Shown: positions 9,950 through 19,542, numbered from the stretch's first letter. The stretch: 64,000 nt of DNA from Oscillospiraceae bacterium (GCA_029227055.1 JAQXZE010000038.1:1186-65185), one strand, 5' to 3'. The notes: generated by a model not told the origin, from the sequence alone. Program-made: numbers and translations.

Positions 9950-10447
9950 TTAATTTTCTAATAATTCTGCAAGCTTGGCAAGTCTCGGGTCAATCTCTTT
10001 TTTAGGACAACCGCACTCGCCGTCATTAAGGTTTTTACCGCATTTTGAGCATATACCCTTGCAATTCTCATTACAAAGATGCTTCATTGGAAGACTCATA
10101 TAAACCTCACCGAAAACAAGCTCGTCTAAATCGAGCTTCATATCAGGTACGGTAATAATAGTGTCATTTTCTTCGTTTTCAACCGAAACGGCAACTGACT
10201 TTTCGAGATTTAATAAATAATCTCGCTCTGTAGGGATACCGCAACGGTGACAGTCACCCGAAAAGACATAAGAAATCTTCAGCGATAACTGAACCATACT
10301 TGCTCGGTTAGATATTGAGCCTTTAACTAAAACGGGCTTCTTGAGCGGAAATTCACCCGAATAATCAGCAGAACTCATATCCATTTCATACTCAATCGGA
10401 AGAGAAAATCCTTCATTTGCAAATACCTGTTTCAAATCAAGAACCAT
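9950..10447 (-). CDS. yceD: YceD/DUF177 family protein
   Basis: Conserved partner immediately upstream of rpmF. C-terminal Cys cluster CNENCKGICSKCGKNLN. Confidence 0.85.
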   Translation of the reverse strand: MVLDLKQVFANEGFSLPIEYEMDMSSADYSGEFPLKKPVLVKGSISNRASMVQLSLKISYVFSGDCHRCGIPTERDYLLNLEKSVAVSVENEENDTIITVPDMKLDLDELVFGEVYMSLPMKHLCNENCKGICSKCGKNLNDGECGCPKKEIDPRLAKLAELLEN

Positions 10448-10474
10448 ACTCTCACCTCTATCGTCGCAAAGTAT

Positions 10475-10503
10475 ATTATATAATTATGGAAGTGTTTTGT
10501 CAA
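10475..10503 (-). promoter_or_regulatory. consensus sigma-A promoter for yceD-rpmF
   Basis: Minus strand reads TTGACA - 17 nt - TATAAT exactly. Confidence 0.7.
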
Positions 10504-10519
10504 GAATTTATTTTACAAT

Positions 10520-11203
10520 TTAAATGAGTATTTCTTTAAGCTCTAAAAGTGATGAAATCTCAAATACAGAGGGGTACTCGGCTTTTTTATGCTTTGGGTT
10601 ATAAAAGCAGGTATCAATCCCTGAATTTATACCGCCTAGTATGTCCGAGCTTTGCGAATCACCGATTATAAGAATATTATCTCTGTTCTTTTCTTCGGAG
10701 TTTTCTAATACATAGTCAAAGTATTCCTTTTCAGGCTTTTGATGACCTGCATTTTCCGAAACAAAAATACCGTCGAAATATTCTTCTAACCCTGATTCCT
10801 TAATTCTTTTATACTGCGTTTTTGCAACGCCGTTTGTAGTAGCGCAGAGCTTATATCCGCGCTCTTTAAGATATCCGAGTATTTCGAATGCACCTTCTAA
10901 AACATCGTGTCCTTCAGCTAAAAGGGCAAAATAATCCTCTGCCATAATGGCGGTATCTCGCTGCTCATTTAAGTATTCTAAAAGCTTTTTGAATCTACCC
11001 TCAAAAATTTCTTCCTTTTTTATATCGCCGCGCTCAAAGGCTTCCCAAAAGCTCTGATTTATTTTTGAATAGCTATGAGCTACCTCGTCTGTTGCGGTAA
11101 GATTGTGCTTTTTCAGCAGCTTTATAATAGCCTTATACTCGGTTTTGTTGAAATCCAAAAGGGTATTATCTAAATCAAAATAAATAGTTGTATACTTTTT
11201 CAT
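10520..11203 (-). CDS. HAD-IA hydrolase (YjjG-like nucleotidase family)
   Basis: FDLDNTL, TTNG and GDSQSSDILGG HAD motifs. Confidence 0.75.
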   Translation of the reverse strand: MKKYTTIYFDLDNTLLDFNKTEYKAIIKLLKKHNLTATDEVAHSYSKINQSFWEAFERGDIKKEEIFEGRFKKLLEYLNEQRDTAIMAEDYFALLAEGHDVLEGAFEILGYLKERGYKLCATTNGVAKTQYKRIKESGLEEYFDGIFVSENAGHQKPEKEYFDYVLENSEEKNRDNILIIGDSQSSDILGGINSGIDTCFYNPKHKKAEYPSVFEISSLLELKEILI

Positions 11204-12072
11204 TAAAGTTTTGAAGCTATTTCCTTTATGTATTCGCGAAGCTCATCCTTAGTCTCAGGGTGGGTAAGACCCACTTCAATATTAGCCTTTAGAATGCCGA
11301 ACTTGTTACCCATATCGTAACGGGTACCGCTAAAGTCAACGCCTGTAATACCCTTAGTTCTTGCGATAACTGCCATAGCATCGGTAAGCTGAAGCTCGCC
11401 GCCGGCTCCTAGCGGAATTTCACTTAAAATATTGAAAATCTCAGGCTCTAGTACGCATCTGCCAAGAATTGAGAAGTTCGAGAATTTAGTCTCTAATGAC
11501 GGCTTTTCAATCATATCGGTAATACTGTAGAACTGACCGTCAATATGCTCTGTTTTCATAGAGCTGTATTTAACGATATATTCGTCGCTTACCTCTTTAA
11601 TACCTACAACGCTCTTGCCGTAGCGCTCATAAGCCTCGCAAAGCTCACCGATTGCGGGAATTTCGCCGATGATAACATCGTCGCCGTATAAAACTGCAAA
11701 GGGTTCATCGCCTACAAATTCTTTAGCCCTAAGAACTGCGTCGCCTAAACCTCTAGTCTCTTTCTGACGAATAAAGTAGATATTTGCAAGGTGAGCAAGC
11801 GGCTCTACCTGAGCTAATGCCTCGGTTTTGCCGCGAGCCTTTAGCATTGTTTCAAGCTCAAAGGAATGGTCGAAGTGGTCTTCGATAATACCCTTGCCGC
11901 GATTTGTGATTATAAGAACATCTGTAATGCCTGCCTTTACCGCTTCTTCAACGATATACTGAATAGCGGGCTTGTCAACGATTGGAAGCATTTCTTTAGG
12001 ACAAGCTTTAGATGCGGGTAAAACTCTGGTGCCAAGTCCTGCTGCGGGGATGATTGCCTTTTTGATTTTCAT
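11203..12072 (-). CDS. galU: UTP--glucose-1-phosphate uridylyltransferase
   Basis: KAIIPAAGLGTRVLPASKACPKEMLPIVDKP N-terminal signature. Confidence 0.93.
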   Translation of the reverse strand: MKIKKAIIPAAGLGTRVLPASKACPKEMLPIVDKPAIQYIVEEAVKAGITDVLIITNRGKGIIEDHFDHSFELETMLKARGKTEALAQVEPLAHLANIYFIRQKETRGLGDAVLRAKEFVGDEPFAVLYGDDVIIGEIPAIGELCEAYERYGKSVVGIKEVSDEYIVKYSSMKTEHIDGQFYSITDMIEKPSLETKFSNFSILGRCVLEPEIFNILSEIPLGAGGELQLTDAMAVIARTKGITGVDFSGTRYDMGNKFGILKANIEVGLTHPETKDELREYIKEIASKL

Positions 12073-12091
12073 AAAAATTTCCTCCTGTTCT

Positions 12092-12934
12092 TTAAAAAAG
12101 CAAATATATCAAAGACGAAATGTTAGACGAAAAGATAAGTATTATAATTCCAAGTACTATCATACCGTCTGAGGTTCCGCCAAGAGAGCTTAATGCCATT
12201 TGATAATATCTCGAATCTGCGTGTGATTCTCGGTATTTCATAATAGTTTTATGTATGTGCCTTTTGTAAATGTGGTGGGCAAATAGTCCACACAAAATAC
12301 CGGTTGCAAGGTCAGTGGTTTCGGTTATAATGTCGGCAAGAGAAGATTCTTTGTTTTCAACTTTCTCCGCCTCGTCAAAAATATCTCCCGAAATGATAGA
12401 AGAATAAAGCTTTTCGCCGTCAATACTGCCCATAAAATTTGCAACGGTAGGTCCCATTATAATAGCGTTTATTATTAAGAGAACTGCGCCGATTGCGGTA
12501 AGCAAAAGGGCGGGTTTATAGAGTTTTCGATAAAAAAACCATATCGCAGCACCCAAAGGGCCGAATAAAAAGCCTAAAATCGCTGTTGGCCAATGCCAAG
12601 CCACCTTTGATGAGGTGATTTCAAGCTTTGAGAATACGGGCATATATTTATCGCCCTTTTTACCTACAAAAATAGCATAATCGCTATAGGGAAGACCCTC
12701 TATAGTTTCGGTGAAAACATTGCTGTGGGTATATTGCGGATTTGAATTGAAATTCGCGTTTTGAGTATAGCTCTGATTTTCAAAATGCTGTGGGTTAAAG
12801 TCTTCTTTATTAAAATTTGTCTCAAATTCTTCGGCTTCTGCTGATAAAAGCGGTGCTCCGCAGTTTTTGCAATACTCGTATTTTTCTTCGTTTTCGGTAT
12901 TACATTCACTGCAGATTTTTGTTTTGACTTCCAT
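12092..12934 (-). CDS. zinc-ribbon + DUF2628-like membrane protein
   Basis: N-terminal CSECNT...CKNCGAPL zinc ribbon, low-complexity linker, and a C-terminal TM block with FLFGPLGAAIWFFYRKLYK. Confidence 0.7.
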   Translation of the reverse strand: MEVKTKICSECNTENEEKYEYCKNCGAPLLSAEAEEFETNFNKEDFNPQHFENQSYTQNANFNSNPQYTHSNVFTETIEGLPYSDYAIFVGKKGDKYMPVFSKLEITSSKVAWHWPTAILGFLFGPLGAAIWFFYRKLYKPALLLTAIGAVLLIINAIIMGPTVANFMGSIDGEKLYSSIISGDIFDEAEKVENKESSLADIITETTDLATGILCGLFAHHIYKRHIHKTIMKYRESHADSRYYQMALSSLGGTSDGMIVLGIIILIFSSNISSLIYLLF

Positions 12935-12947
12935 AAATTAATCTCCT

Positions 12948-13928
12948 TTACAGAAACATAATAATAATCGACGGCAGATATTGTACAACAAAAAGACCGA
13001 TAAGAATAGCCATAAAGCTTATACCGCCTTTTTTTCTGCAAACCTCGTCAAAATCTATATCGGTATCGGCTTTCGCCTCTGAAACGGTTTCGATTGTGTG
13101 TTTATAATAAGCGCCGTCGCCGAAAATGGCGGCTAAAACTCTAGTAAGGATAGTGCCCAAAGAACCCACTGTTGCGAGAAGAAGAGGGGCAGACCCAATA
13201 GAGTCAAAATTTTGCAGTAAAATTTCTGTCATTTGATAGGGTGATATCGCGGTTTCAGGCATTAAAAGCTCGATTGCTTCAAAAAGCGGAAAACCGAGCA
13301 AGGCGAATCCCGTAAGAAGTACGGTTAAAAGAATACCTATTTTATACATTTTTCTTGATAAAAACCAAACCGACGGGAAAAGGAAGCAAAGCCAATTCCA
13401 AGAGGCCTTTTTGCCGGCGTTAAAGCCTGCAAATTTCGGAAGAAACCTATGTGTGTTTGAAAATATAAAGCGGCTTGCCTCTTTTGCAGTAACACCTTTT
13501 CCTATATCCATCTCAGCGGGTACGCCGCCTAATAGGTCAAAGTGAGTAAAGGGGTTTTGTCCGGAATAGGCAGAATCGTTTATAGTGCCGCATTTGGGAC
13601 ATCTGTTCATAAGAGCAGGATACTGTATTTCACAGTTTTTACAGGTTACAGTATCTCTGAAATTACGATTTATATTTTCTCTTTGGGTTTCCTTAAATTC
13701 GGAACGCGGTTTTTTGAGTTCATCCTCTTTAATAGCCTCTTCTTTGGCTTTTACAAGGTCGTATTGCTTTTCTGTTCCGTGGAATTCTTCTGCTCCGCAG
13801 TGGGAGAGTGAATTGTAGCAATCTCTATGATGGGGAGCTCCGCAAACGGGACAAAATACCTTATCGTCTTCATCAAACAGATATGCGTGACATACGCAAC
13901 ATTTAAGCTCCTTTTTTTCAAAACTCAT
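12948..13928 (-). CDS. RING/PHD-like + zinc-ribbon + DUF2628-like membrane protein
   Basis: CCVCH...CPVCGAPHHRDC...HC cross-brace-like Cys/His pattern and a second ribbon CKNCE...CPKCGT. TM block with FLFPSVWFLSRKMYK, paralogous to the neighbouring gene. Confidence 0.7.
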   Translation of the reverse strand: MSFEKKELKCCVCHAYLFDEDDKVFCPVCGAPHHRDCYNSLSHCGAEEFHGTEKQYDLVKAKEEAIKEDELKKPRSEFKETQRENINRNFRDTVTCKNCEIQYPALMNRCPKCGTINDSAYSGQNPFTHFDLLGGVPAEMDIGKGVTAKEASRFIFSNTHRFLPKFAGFNAGKKASWNWLCFLFPSVWFLSRKMYKIGILLTVLLTGFALLGFPLFEAIELLMPETAISPYQMTEILLQNFDSIGSAPLLLATVGSLGTILTRVLAAIFGDGAYYKHTIETVSEAKADTDIDFDEVCRKKGGISFMAILIGLFVVQYLPSIIIMFL

Positions 13929-14452
13929 ACAAACGCACCTCTGTAATTATCGATTTCCTCAAATAGTGTATCAAAGTATTCGTTGCCGTAATTATGGTAG
14001 TCGCCCGAGTTAATCATTTCGTAAAGCTCGTCGGGGGAGACCCATTTAACCTCGGCTACTTCGCTTGGCTGCAACTTTAAATCTTCGGCTTCACCGTCAA
14101 AGGTTATAGCCCACACATCAAGCAAAGAATTTCTGCGCTTAAAGCGGCAAAGCTTCATAAAATCCATATTATCGGCAGAAATTCCAAGCTCCTCAAAAAG
14201 CTCACGCTTTGCGGCAGTAAAAGAATCTTCCCCTGCAATTGCAGCACCGCCTGTAGCAGCCCATTCACCAGGCATAAGCTTTTTAGAATCGGCTCTACGC
14301 TGTATTAAAAATTTTCCGCTGCTTGAAATCACCCATATATGAACAACAAGGTGATATTCACCGGGCTTTAAGTGACCTTGTCCTCTAAGCGTCGTCCTTC
14401 CGGTTTTGTGACCGTAAGAATCTAAAATGTCCCATTTCTCTACAAACATCAA
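13925..14452 (-). CDS. NUDIX hydrolase
   Basis: Nudix box GGAAIAGEDSFTAAKRELFEELG. Confidence 0.88.
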   Translation of the reverse strand: MMFVEKWDILDSYGHKTGRTTLRGQGHLKPGEYHLVVHIWVISSSGKFLIQRRADSKKLMPGEWAATGGAAIAGEDSFTAAKRELFEELGISADNMDFMKLCRFKRRNSLLDVWAITFDGEAEDLKLQPSEVAEVKWVSPDELYEMINSGDYHNYGNEYFDTLFEEIDNYRGAFV

Positions 14453-15114
14453 TTTTTCTCCACAATCTCACCCTGTCTCTTATAGATGCTGTTTTTCGGC
14501 AGACAGCCGCGCACCATTGAAAGAGGGTAAATATTAGTATTTTTTCCTATAATAGTACCGGGATTTAAAACGGTTCCGCAACCGACTTCAACACAGTCAC
14601 CTATAATCGCACCGAACTTTTTAAGTCCTGTATCAAGGGTTTTGGAATCATATTTTAAAACCACAAGTGATTTATCTGATTTAACATTTGAGGTTATAGC
14701 GCCCGCACCCATATGCGCACGGTAGCCTAAAACCGAATCGCCCACATAATTATAATGCGGTACTTGAACATTATCAAATAAAATTACATTTTTAAGCTCG
14801 GTAGAGTTTCCAACAACCGCATTTTTGCCGACAATAGCATTTCCTCTTATAAAAGCGCAGTGGCGAATTTCAGCGCCCTCGTCGATTATACAAGGTCCCG
14901 TAATGCTAGCAGATTTGGCAACCTTAGCCGTTTTAGCAATAAAAATGTCTTTTCCCTTTTGCTCGAAAATATCGGGATCTAAGGTTTTTGATAACTGCTT
15001 TATAAACCCACTGATTTTCGGCAACACCTCAAACGGATATAAAACATCGCAAAAAATGTCGGCCGCGATGGTGTTTTCAAATGAAAATAACTTATCTGCT
15101 GTGAAATTTTGCAT
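14449..15114 (-). CDS. left-handed beta-helix (hexapeptide-repeat) protein
   Basis: Repeated [LIV]G-x4 hexapeptides through the C-terminal two thirds. Resembles the LbH domain of sugar-nucleotide pyrophosphorylases/acyltransferases. Confidence 0.65.
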   Translation of the reverse strand: MQNFTADKLFSFENTIAADIFCDVLYPFEVLPKISGFIKQLSKTLDPDIFEQKGKDIFIAKTAKVAKSASITGPCIIDEGAEIRHCAFIRGNAIVGKNAVVGNSTELKNVILFDNVQVPHYNYVGDSVLGYRAHMGAGAITSNVKSDKSLVVLKYDSKTLDTGLKKFGAIIGDCVEVGCGTVLNPGTIIGKNTNIYPLSMVRGCLPKNSIYKRQGEIVEKN

Positions 15115-15195
15115 AAATAAAACGCCTTTCCAGCAAATAATATAAAATATTATAACAGTAAATCTTTACTTTTTCAACATTTTATATTTTTGCTA

Positions 15196-15224
15196 TTGTA
15201 AATTTTAAAATTTTGTATTATAAT
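15196..15224 (+). promoter_or_regulatory. possible promoter for ffs
   Basis: TTGTAA - 17 nt - TATAAT. Confidence 0.4.
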
Positions 15225-15246
15225 AATTAAAACGATAATCAAATTC

Positions 15247-15394
15247 GAGCTTGCGTATTGAGTCGTGCGAATGGGCGGGTCCTGTGCGACGGGGCACTGT
15301 GAACCATGTCAGGCGGGGAACCGAGCAGCATTAAGCGGCTGTTTCCGTGCGCCGCAGTAAATCGGTCCATTCGTGCGAGTCAGTATGCAGGCTA
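15247..15394 (+). ncRNA. ffs: signal recognition particle RNA (small, single-hairpin type)
   Basis: Domain IV core GUCAGGCGG-GGAA-CCGAGCAGC with the GGAA tetraloop at 15317-15320. Long closing helix: AGCTTGC.GAGTCGTGCGAATGG pairs with CCATTCGTGCGAGTC.GCAGGCT. Sits immediately upstream of dnaX as in other Bacillota and ends with ATTTT. Confidence 0.85.
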
Positions 15395-15427
15395 TTTTAG
15401 TAATTAAGCATTAAAAGGGGTGTTTCT

Positions 15428-17068
15428 TTGGCGTATCAGGCTTTGTACCGCAAATACCGTCCTACAGTTTTTTCGGATGTTGTAGGTCAAGAGCATATAA
15501 CCGAAATTTTAAAGCAAGAGATTATTTCTTCTAAGCTTTCCCATGCCTACCTTTTTACAGGCACCAGAGGAACAGGTAAAACAACCTGTGCTAAAATTTT
15601 GGCAAAGGCGATAAACTGTCAGAATCCTATAGACGGTAACCCTTGCGGCGAGTGCGAGATGTGTCGCGGTATGGCAGACGGTGAAATTACCGATATCGTT
15701 GAGATAGACGCAGCCTCCAACAATAATGTTGACAGTATCAGAGAAATACGTGACCAAATAGCCTTTCCGCCCGCTGCGGCAAAGTACAGAGTTTACATTA
15801 TAGACGAGGTGCATATGCTCTCTATAAGCGCATTTAATGCTCTGCTTAAAACCCTTGAAGAGCCGCCCTCGTATGTGGTTTTCATACTTGCAACTACCGA
15901 GGTGCATAAGCTTCCTGCAACTATCCTTTCGCGTTGTCAGAGATTTGATTTCAGACGAATTGAGCCGTCTAGAATATGTGAGCGAATAGCCGAGGTTGCC
16001 AAAAAAGAGGGCTTTACCGTAACCGATAATGCGGCGCGTCTTATAGCCTCTATTGCAGACGGCGGTATGAGAGATGCCTTATCTATTTTAGATATGTGTG
16101 CATCGTCAAACACAGAGATTGACGAGCAAACGGTTGAAAATTCCTGTGCGATGGCAGGCAGCGAATATCTTGTTAAAATGGCAGATTTGATTAAAAATCG
16201 CTTGACCGATGATGCGCTTTTACTAGTTGACGAGCTTCATAATTCGTCGGTTGATATGCAAAGGCTGTTAGCAGAGCTTATTCTTCATTACAGAAATTTA
16301 ATGATAGCCAAAACTGTAAAGGGCGATAAAAAGCCTATCGTTTGTTCTATGGCTCAGTTAAAGATTTTTGAAGAGCAAGCCCAAAAATACGATATCAGGG
16401 AAATAATAGATATACTCACAGTCTTGCAGGAAACTGCCGCTAAAATGCCGTTTGGCAACAGAAGATGTGAAATGGAAATGGCGGTAATAAGGCTTTGCAA
16501 CCCTGAGGTTTTCACCGATATTACAGCTCTTGAGCGCAGAGTGTCTGCTCTAGAAATGGGCAAAAATGCTTTTGTAAAACCTGAAATTAGCGGTGCAACT
16601 TCTGAAGAAACCAAAGAGACTTCTAACACTGCAGAATTTAAGGGTAACAATACAACTAATGATTTCAATGAAGAGGATATTCCTCTTCCCGAGCCTCCCT
16701 GTGATGATACTTTGGAGCAGGAGTCTGTTAAAGCTGACGAAAAGACTTTAGAGGCCGGAATTACTCCCGTTTTAAATTGGAAAGATATTCTGTTAAAGCT
16801 TCAGGTTTCCTGTCCGCTTATTGCGGGTGTTTTAAAGGGCTCGGCGGCGTATATTAAGGGGGATTTTCTGCTTATAGACGCAAAGAATACACAATTTAAA
16901 ACAATGGTAAACGGCGAAAACAGTATTTATCGAAATCAGATAAGAAAAGCGGCGGCAGAGGTGCTAGGCAAGACCTATAAATTAGGTCCGTTTAAGAAGG
17001 CCACTGAGGCAGTAGCGGCAGACCCATTAGCTGCTTTTGCAAAAAAACTTGAAAATTTTGAAAAATAA
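15428..17068 (+). CDS. dnaX: DNA polymerase III subunit gamma/tau
   Basis: Walker A GTRGTGKTT, zinc module CGECEMC, DEVHML and SRC motifs. TTG start after an AAAGGGG RBS. Confidence 0.95.
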   Translation: MAYQALYRKYRPTVFSDVVGQEHITEILKQEIISSKLSHAYLFTGTRGTGKTTCAKILAKAINCQNPIDGNPCGECEMCRGMADGEITDIVEIDAASNNNVDSIREIRDQIAFPPAAAKYRVYIIDEVHMLSISAFNALLKTLEEPPSYVVFILATTEVHKLPATILSRCQRFDFRRIEPSRICERIAEVAKKEGFTVTDNAARLIASIADGGMRDALSILDMCASSNTEIDEQTVENSCAMAGSEYLVKMADLIKNRLTDDALLLVDELHNSSVDMQRLLAELILHYRNLMIAKTVKGDKKPIVCSMAQLKIFEEQAQKYDIREIIDILTVLQETAAKMPFGNRRCEMEMAVIRLCNPEVFTDITALERRVSALEMGKNAFVKPEISGATSEETKETSNTAEFKGNNTTNDFNEEDIPLPEPPCDDTLEQESVKADEKTLEAGITPVLNWKDILLKLQVSCPLIAGVLKGSAAYIKGDFLLIDAKNTQFKTMVNGENSIYRNQIRKAAAEVLGKTYKLGPFKKATEAVAADPLAAFAKKLENFEK

Positions 17069-17085
17069 TTTACAGGAGATATATT

Positions 17086-17427
17086 ATGAAAGTAAGAATA
17101 CCAAATTCAGGCGGCCCCTCCAATATGAATCAGATGCTAAAGCAGGCACAAAAGATGCAGGAGGATATGGCAAATCTTCAGGAAGATTTAGACAACAGAG
17201 AGTATACCGCAACCTCGGGCGGCGGTATGGTTGAGGTTACAATTGACGGAAAGTACAATATTAAGCTTTTAAAAATTAATCCCGATATTGTTGACCCTGA
17301 AGACACAGAAATGCTAGAGGATTTAGTTACAGTTGCCGTAAATGAAGCAATTTCTAACGCAAAGAAAACTGCAGAGGAAGAGATGGGTGCTATCACAGGC
17401 GGCTTAAATCTCCCCGGAATGTTCTGA
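17086..17427 (+). CDS. ybaB: YbaB/EbfC nucleoid-associated protein
   Basis: Conserved dnaX-ybaB-recR order. MNQMLKQAQKMQ...GGGMV motifs. Confidence 0.92.
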   Translation: MKVRIPNSGGPSNMNQMLKQAQKMQEDMANLQEDLDNREYTATSGGGMVEVTIDGKYNIKLLKINPDIVDPEDTEMLEDLVTVAVNEAISNAKKTAEEEMGAITGGLNLPGMF

Positions 17428-17428
17428 T

Positions 17429-18028
17429 ATGGCATACAATATTGTACCGCTAACAGAGCTTGTAAGTCAGTTTGAGCGGCTTCCCGGTATCGGTAAGAAA
17501 ACCGCTTTCAGACTAGCCTTCAGTATCCTAGAACAACCGCCTGAGCGGGCGCAGAAATTTGCCGAAGCGCTTATAAATGCTAGAGAAAAAATTCATTTTT
17601 GCAAATCCTGTCAGGCACTGACAGACGGTGAATTATGCCAGATTTGTTCGGATGAAGCAAGAGACAGGTCTATAATCTGTGTTGTTGAGGACCCTAAGGA
17701 TGTTATGGCGTTTGAGCGCACCCGTGAATACAAAGGCCTTTACCATGTGCTTCACGGAGCTATTTCGCCCCTTGATAATATAGGTCCCGACCAGCTTCGT
17801 ATTAAAGAGCTTATGGCGCGTCTTTCAGACAGTGCGGTTGAAGAAATAATTATGGCTACAAACCCTACTGTTGAGGGTGAGGCTACGGCAAGCTATATAT
17901 CCCGCCTTGTAAAACCGCTCGGTATAAAGGTAACCCGTTTAGCCTACGGCGTTCCCGTTGGCGGCGACCTTGAGTATGCCGATGAATTTACACTTGCCCG
18001 TGCTATTGAGGGCAGAAACGAGATTTAA
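17429..18028 (+). CDS. recR: recombination protein RecR
   Basis: HhH LPGIGKKTA, C4 zinc finger CKSC...CQIC and a Toprim domain. Confidence 0.95.
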   Translation: MAYNIVPLTELVSQFERLPGIGKKTAFRLAFSILEQPPERAQKFAEALINAREKIHFCKSCQALTDGELCQICSDEARDRSIICVVEDPKDVMAFERTREYKGLYHVLHGAISPLDNIGPDQLRIKELMARLSDSAVEEIIMATNPTVEGEATASYISRLVKPLGIKVTRLAYGVPVGGDLEYADEFTLARAIEGRNEI

Positions 18029-18029
18029 T

Positions 18030-18248
18030 ATGTGTGAAGAAAAGATAAAAAGAATTAATGAGCTTGCAAGAAAGCAAAAGTCTGAGGGACTAACCGAAGA
18101 AGAAAAGGCAGAACAGTATGCCCTTCGCAGAGAGTATATAGACAGCTTTAAGAAAAGTCTTGTAAGTCAGCTTGAAAACACCTATATAGTAGAGCCTGAC
18201 GGCACTAAAAGAAAGGTAAAGCCGAAAGATGAAACTCCTCTTAACTGA
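18030..18248 (+). CDS. DUF896 (UPF0291) small protein
   Basis: 72 aa. RINELARKQKSEGLTEEEKAEQ..LRREYI pattern. ATG 18030 lies right after the recR stop; the ORF-track start overlaps recR. Confidence 0.75.
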   Translation: MCEEKIKRINELARKQKSEGLTEEEKAEQYALRREYIDSFKKSLVSQLENTYIVEPDGTKRKVKPKDETPLN

Positions 18249-19191
18249 TAGTGCAACCCTTAAAAGCGAAAACGATATATCTCTTGAAGCCTTAAAAGAT
18301 TTCGGCGAGGTAGTTGAATATCCAGCCATTTCCAAAGAGGATTTTTTAAGAGAAGTTGCTGATACGGATATTATTCTTTGCAATAAAACCGTTATTAACC
18401 GAGAGATTTTCGAGCGTGCCAAAAAATTAAAATATATAGGCCTTTTTGCTACGGGATATAATAATATTGATGTAAAGCTTGCTGATGAGTACGGCGTTAC
18501 TGTTTGTAATGCGGGCAGTTATTCAACCTTTGCAGTAGCTCAGCAGGTTTTCGCTTATATCTTAAATCATTATTCAAGGGTAGAGGAATACGCTAGACTT
18601 GTAAAAGAGGGAAATTGGCAAAAATCCAAAAACTTTTCTCTTTTAACCCTTCCTACCGATGAACTTTCAGGCAAAACGATAGGAATTATCGGAATGGGAA
18701 GTATTGGAAAAAAGGTCGCTGAAATTGCAAAGGCTTTTGAAATGAGGGTTTTGGTTTACACAAGAACTAAAAGGGGAGATAATTCGGTTTTATTTGTCGA
18801 CCTTGATACCCTGCTTTCAGAGAGTGATATTGTAACGGTGCATTGTCCCCTCAATGAAGAAAGCGCTAAAATGTTTAACGCCGATGCCTTTTCGAAAATG
18901 AAAAAGGGTGCTTTTTTTATCAATACGGCGCGTGGCGGAATAGTGGACGAAGAAGCACTTCTTTATGCCCTTAAAGATGGTAAATTATCGGCAGCAGCCA
19001 TAGATGTTTTAAATGATGAGCCGATGAGGGAGGACTGCGTTTTAAAGGACGCACCGAATTTACTTATAACACCACACACAGCTTGGGCACCCCTTGCAAC
19101 AAGGCAAAGGCTATTATCAATAGTTTATGAAAATATTTCGGCATTTTTAAAGGGAAATCCTCAAAATGTAGTTAATAATCCGAAAAAATAA
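18229..19191 (+). CDS. D-isomer-specific 2-hydroxyacid dehydrogenase (glycerate/phosphoglycerate dehydrogenase family)
   Basis: NAD fold GIIGMGSIGKKVA and a catalytic-region RGG...D..AL / H.A pattern. Confidence 0.85.
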   Translation: MKLLLTDSATLKSENDISLEALKDFGEVVEYPAISKEDFLREVADTDIILCNKTVINREIFERAKKLKYIGLFATGYNNIDVKLADEYGVTVCNAGSYSTFAVAQQVFAYILNHYSRVEEYARLVKEGNWQKSKNFSLLTLPTDELSGKTIGIIGMGSIGKKVAEIAKAFEMRVLVYTRTKRGDNSVLFVDLDTLLSESDIVTVHCPLNEESAKMFNADAFSKMKKGAFFINTARGGIVDEEALLYALKDGKLSAAAIDVLNDEPMREDCVLKDAPNLLITPHTAWAPLATRQRLLSIVYENISAFLKGNPQNVVNNPKK

Positions 19192-19204
19192 AACAAAAAA
19201 AGAA

Positions 19205-19239
19205 AGACTGTCTAAAACCTTAAAGGTTTAAGACAGTCT
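19205..19239. terminator. bidirectional terminator between the dehydrogenase gene and fdx
   Basis: Long hairpin AGACTGTCT.AAACC / GGTTT.AGACAGTCT flanked by an A-run and a T-run. Confidence 0.85.
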
Positions 19240-19263
19240 CTTTTATTTATGTTCTGTTTTGGA

Positions 19264-19434
19264 TTAGCCCTCAACGATAGCGTCTACAGGGCAACCTGCA
19301 GCACAAGCACCGCAATCAACGCACTTGTCAGCGTCAATCTCATAACGGTCTGCGCCTTCAGCGATAGCATCGCAAGGACAACCTGCAGCACAAGAACCAC
19401 AGCTAATGCAAGCATCAGTAATCTTATAAGCCAT
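19264..19434 (-). CDS. fdx: 2x[4Fe-4S] ferredoxin (56 aa, below ORF-track cutoff)
   Basis: Hand translation: [56 protein letters not shown]. Two CxxCxxCxxxCP motifs. GGAGGTG RBS upstream. Confidence 0.92.
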   Translation of the reverse strand: MAYKITDACISCGSCAAGCPCDAIAEGADRYEIDADKCVDCGACAAGCPVDAIVEG

Positions 19435-19488
19435 TTTTATTTACACCTCCATCTGATGTCAGCCGTGCAAAATTTATGCACTGCGTAT

Positions 19489-19517
19489 ATTGTAACAATA
19501 ATCGACCAAAAAATCAA
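19489..19517 (-). promoter_or_regulatory. sigma-A-type promoter for fdx
   Basis: Minus strand reads TTGATT - 17 nt - TACAAT. Confidence 0.55.
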
Positions 19518-19542
19518 GAGCAATATTTATTGCCAAATTTTT

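Noticed and set aside
15999-16008. A-rich run GCC AAA AAA GAG inside dnaX that resembles the E. coli dnaX -1 frameshift heptamer A AAA AAG.
   Set aside because: It lies at about codon 192, inside the AAA+ module, far upstream of where gamma and tau diverge. The P-site codon context (C AAA AAA) is not a proper X XXY YYZ slippery site, and no downstream stem-loop is evident.
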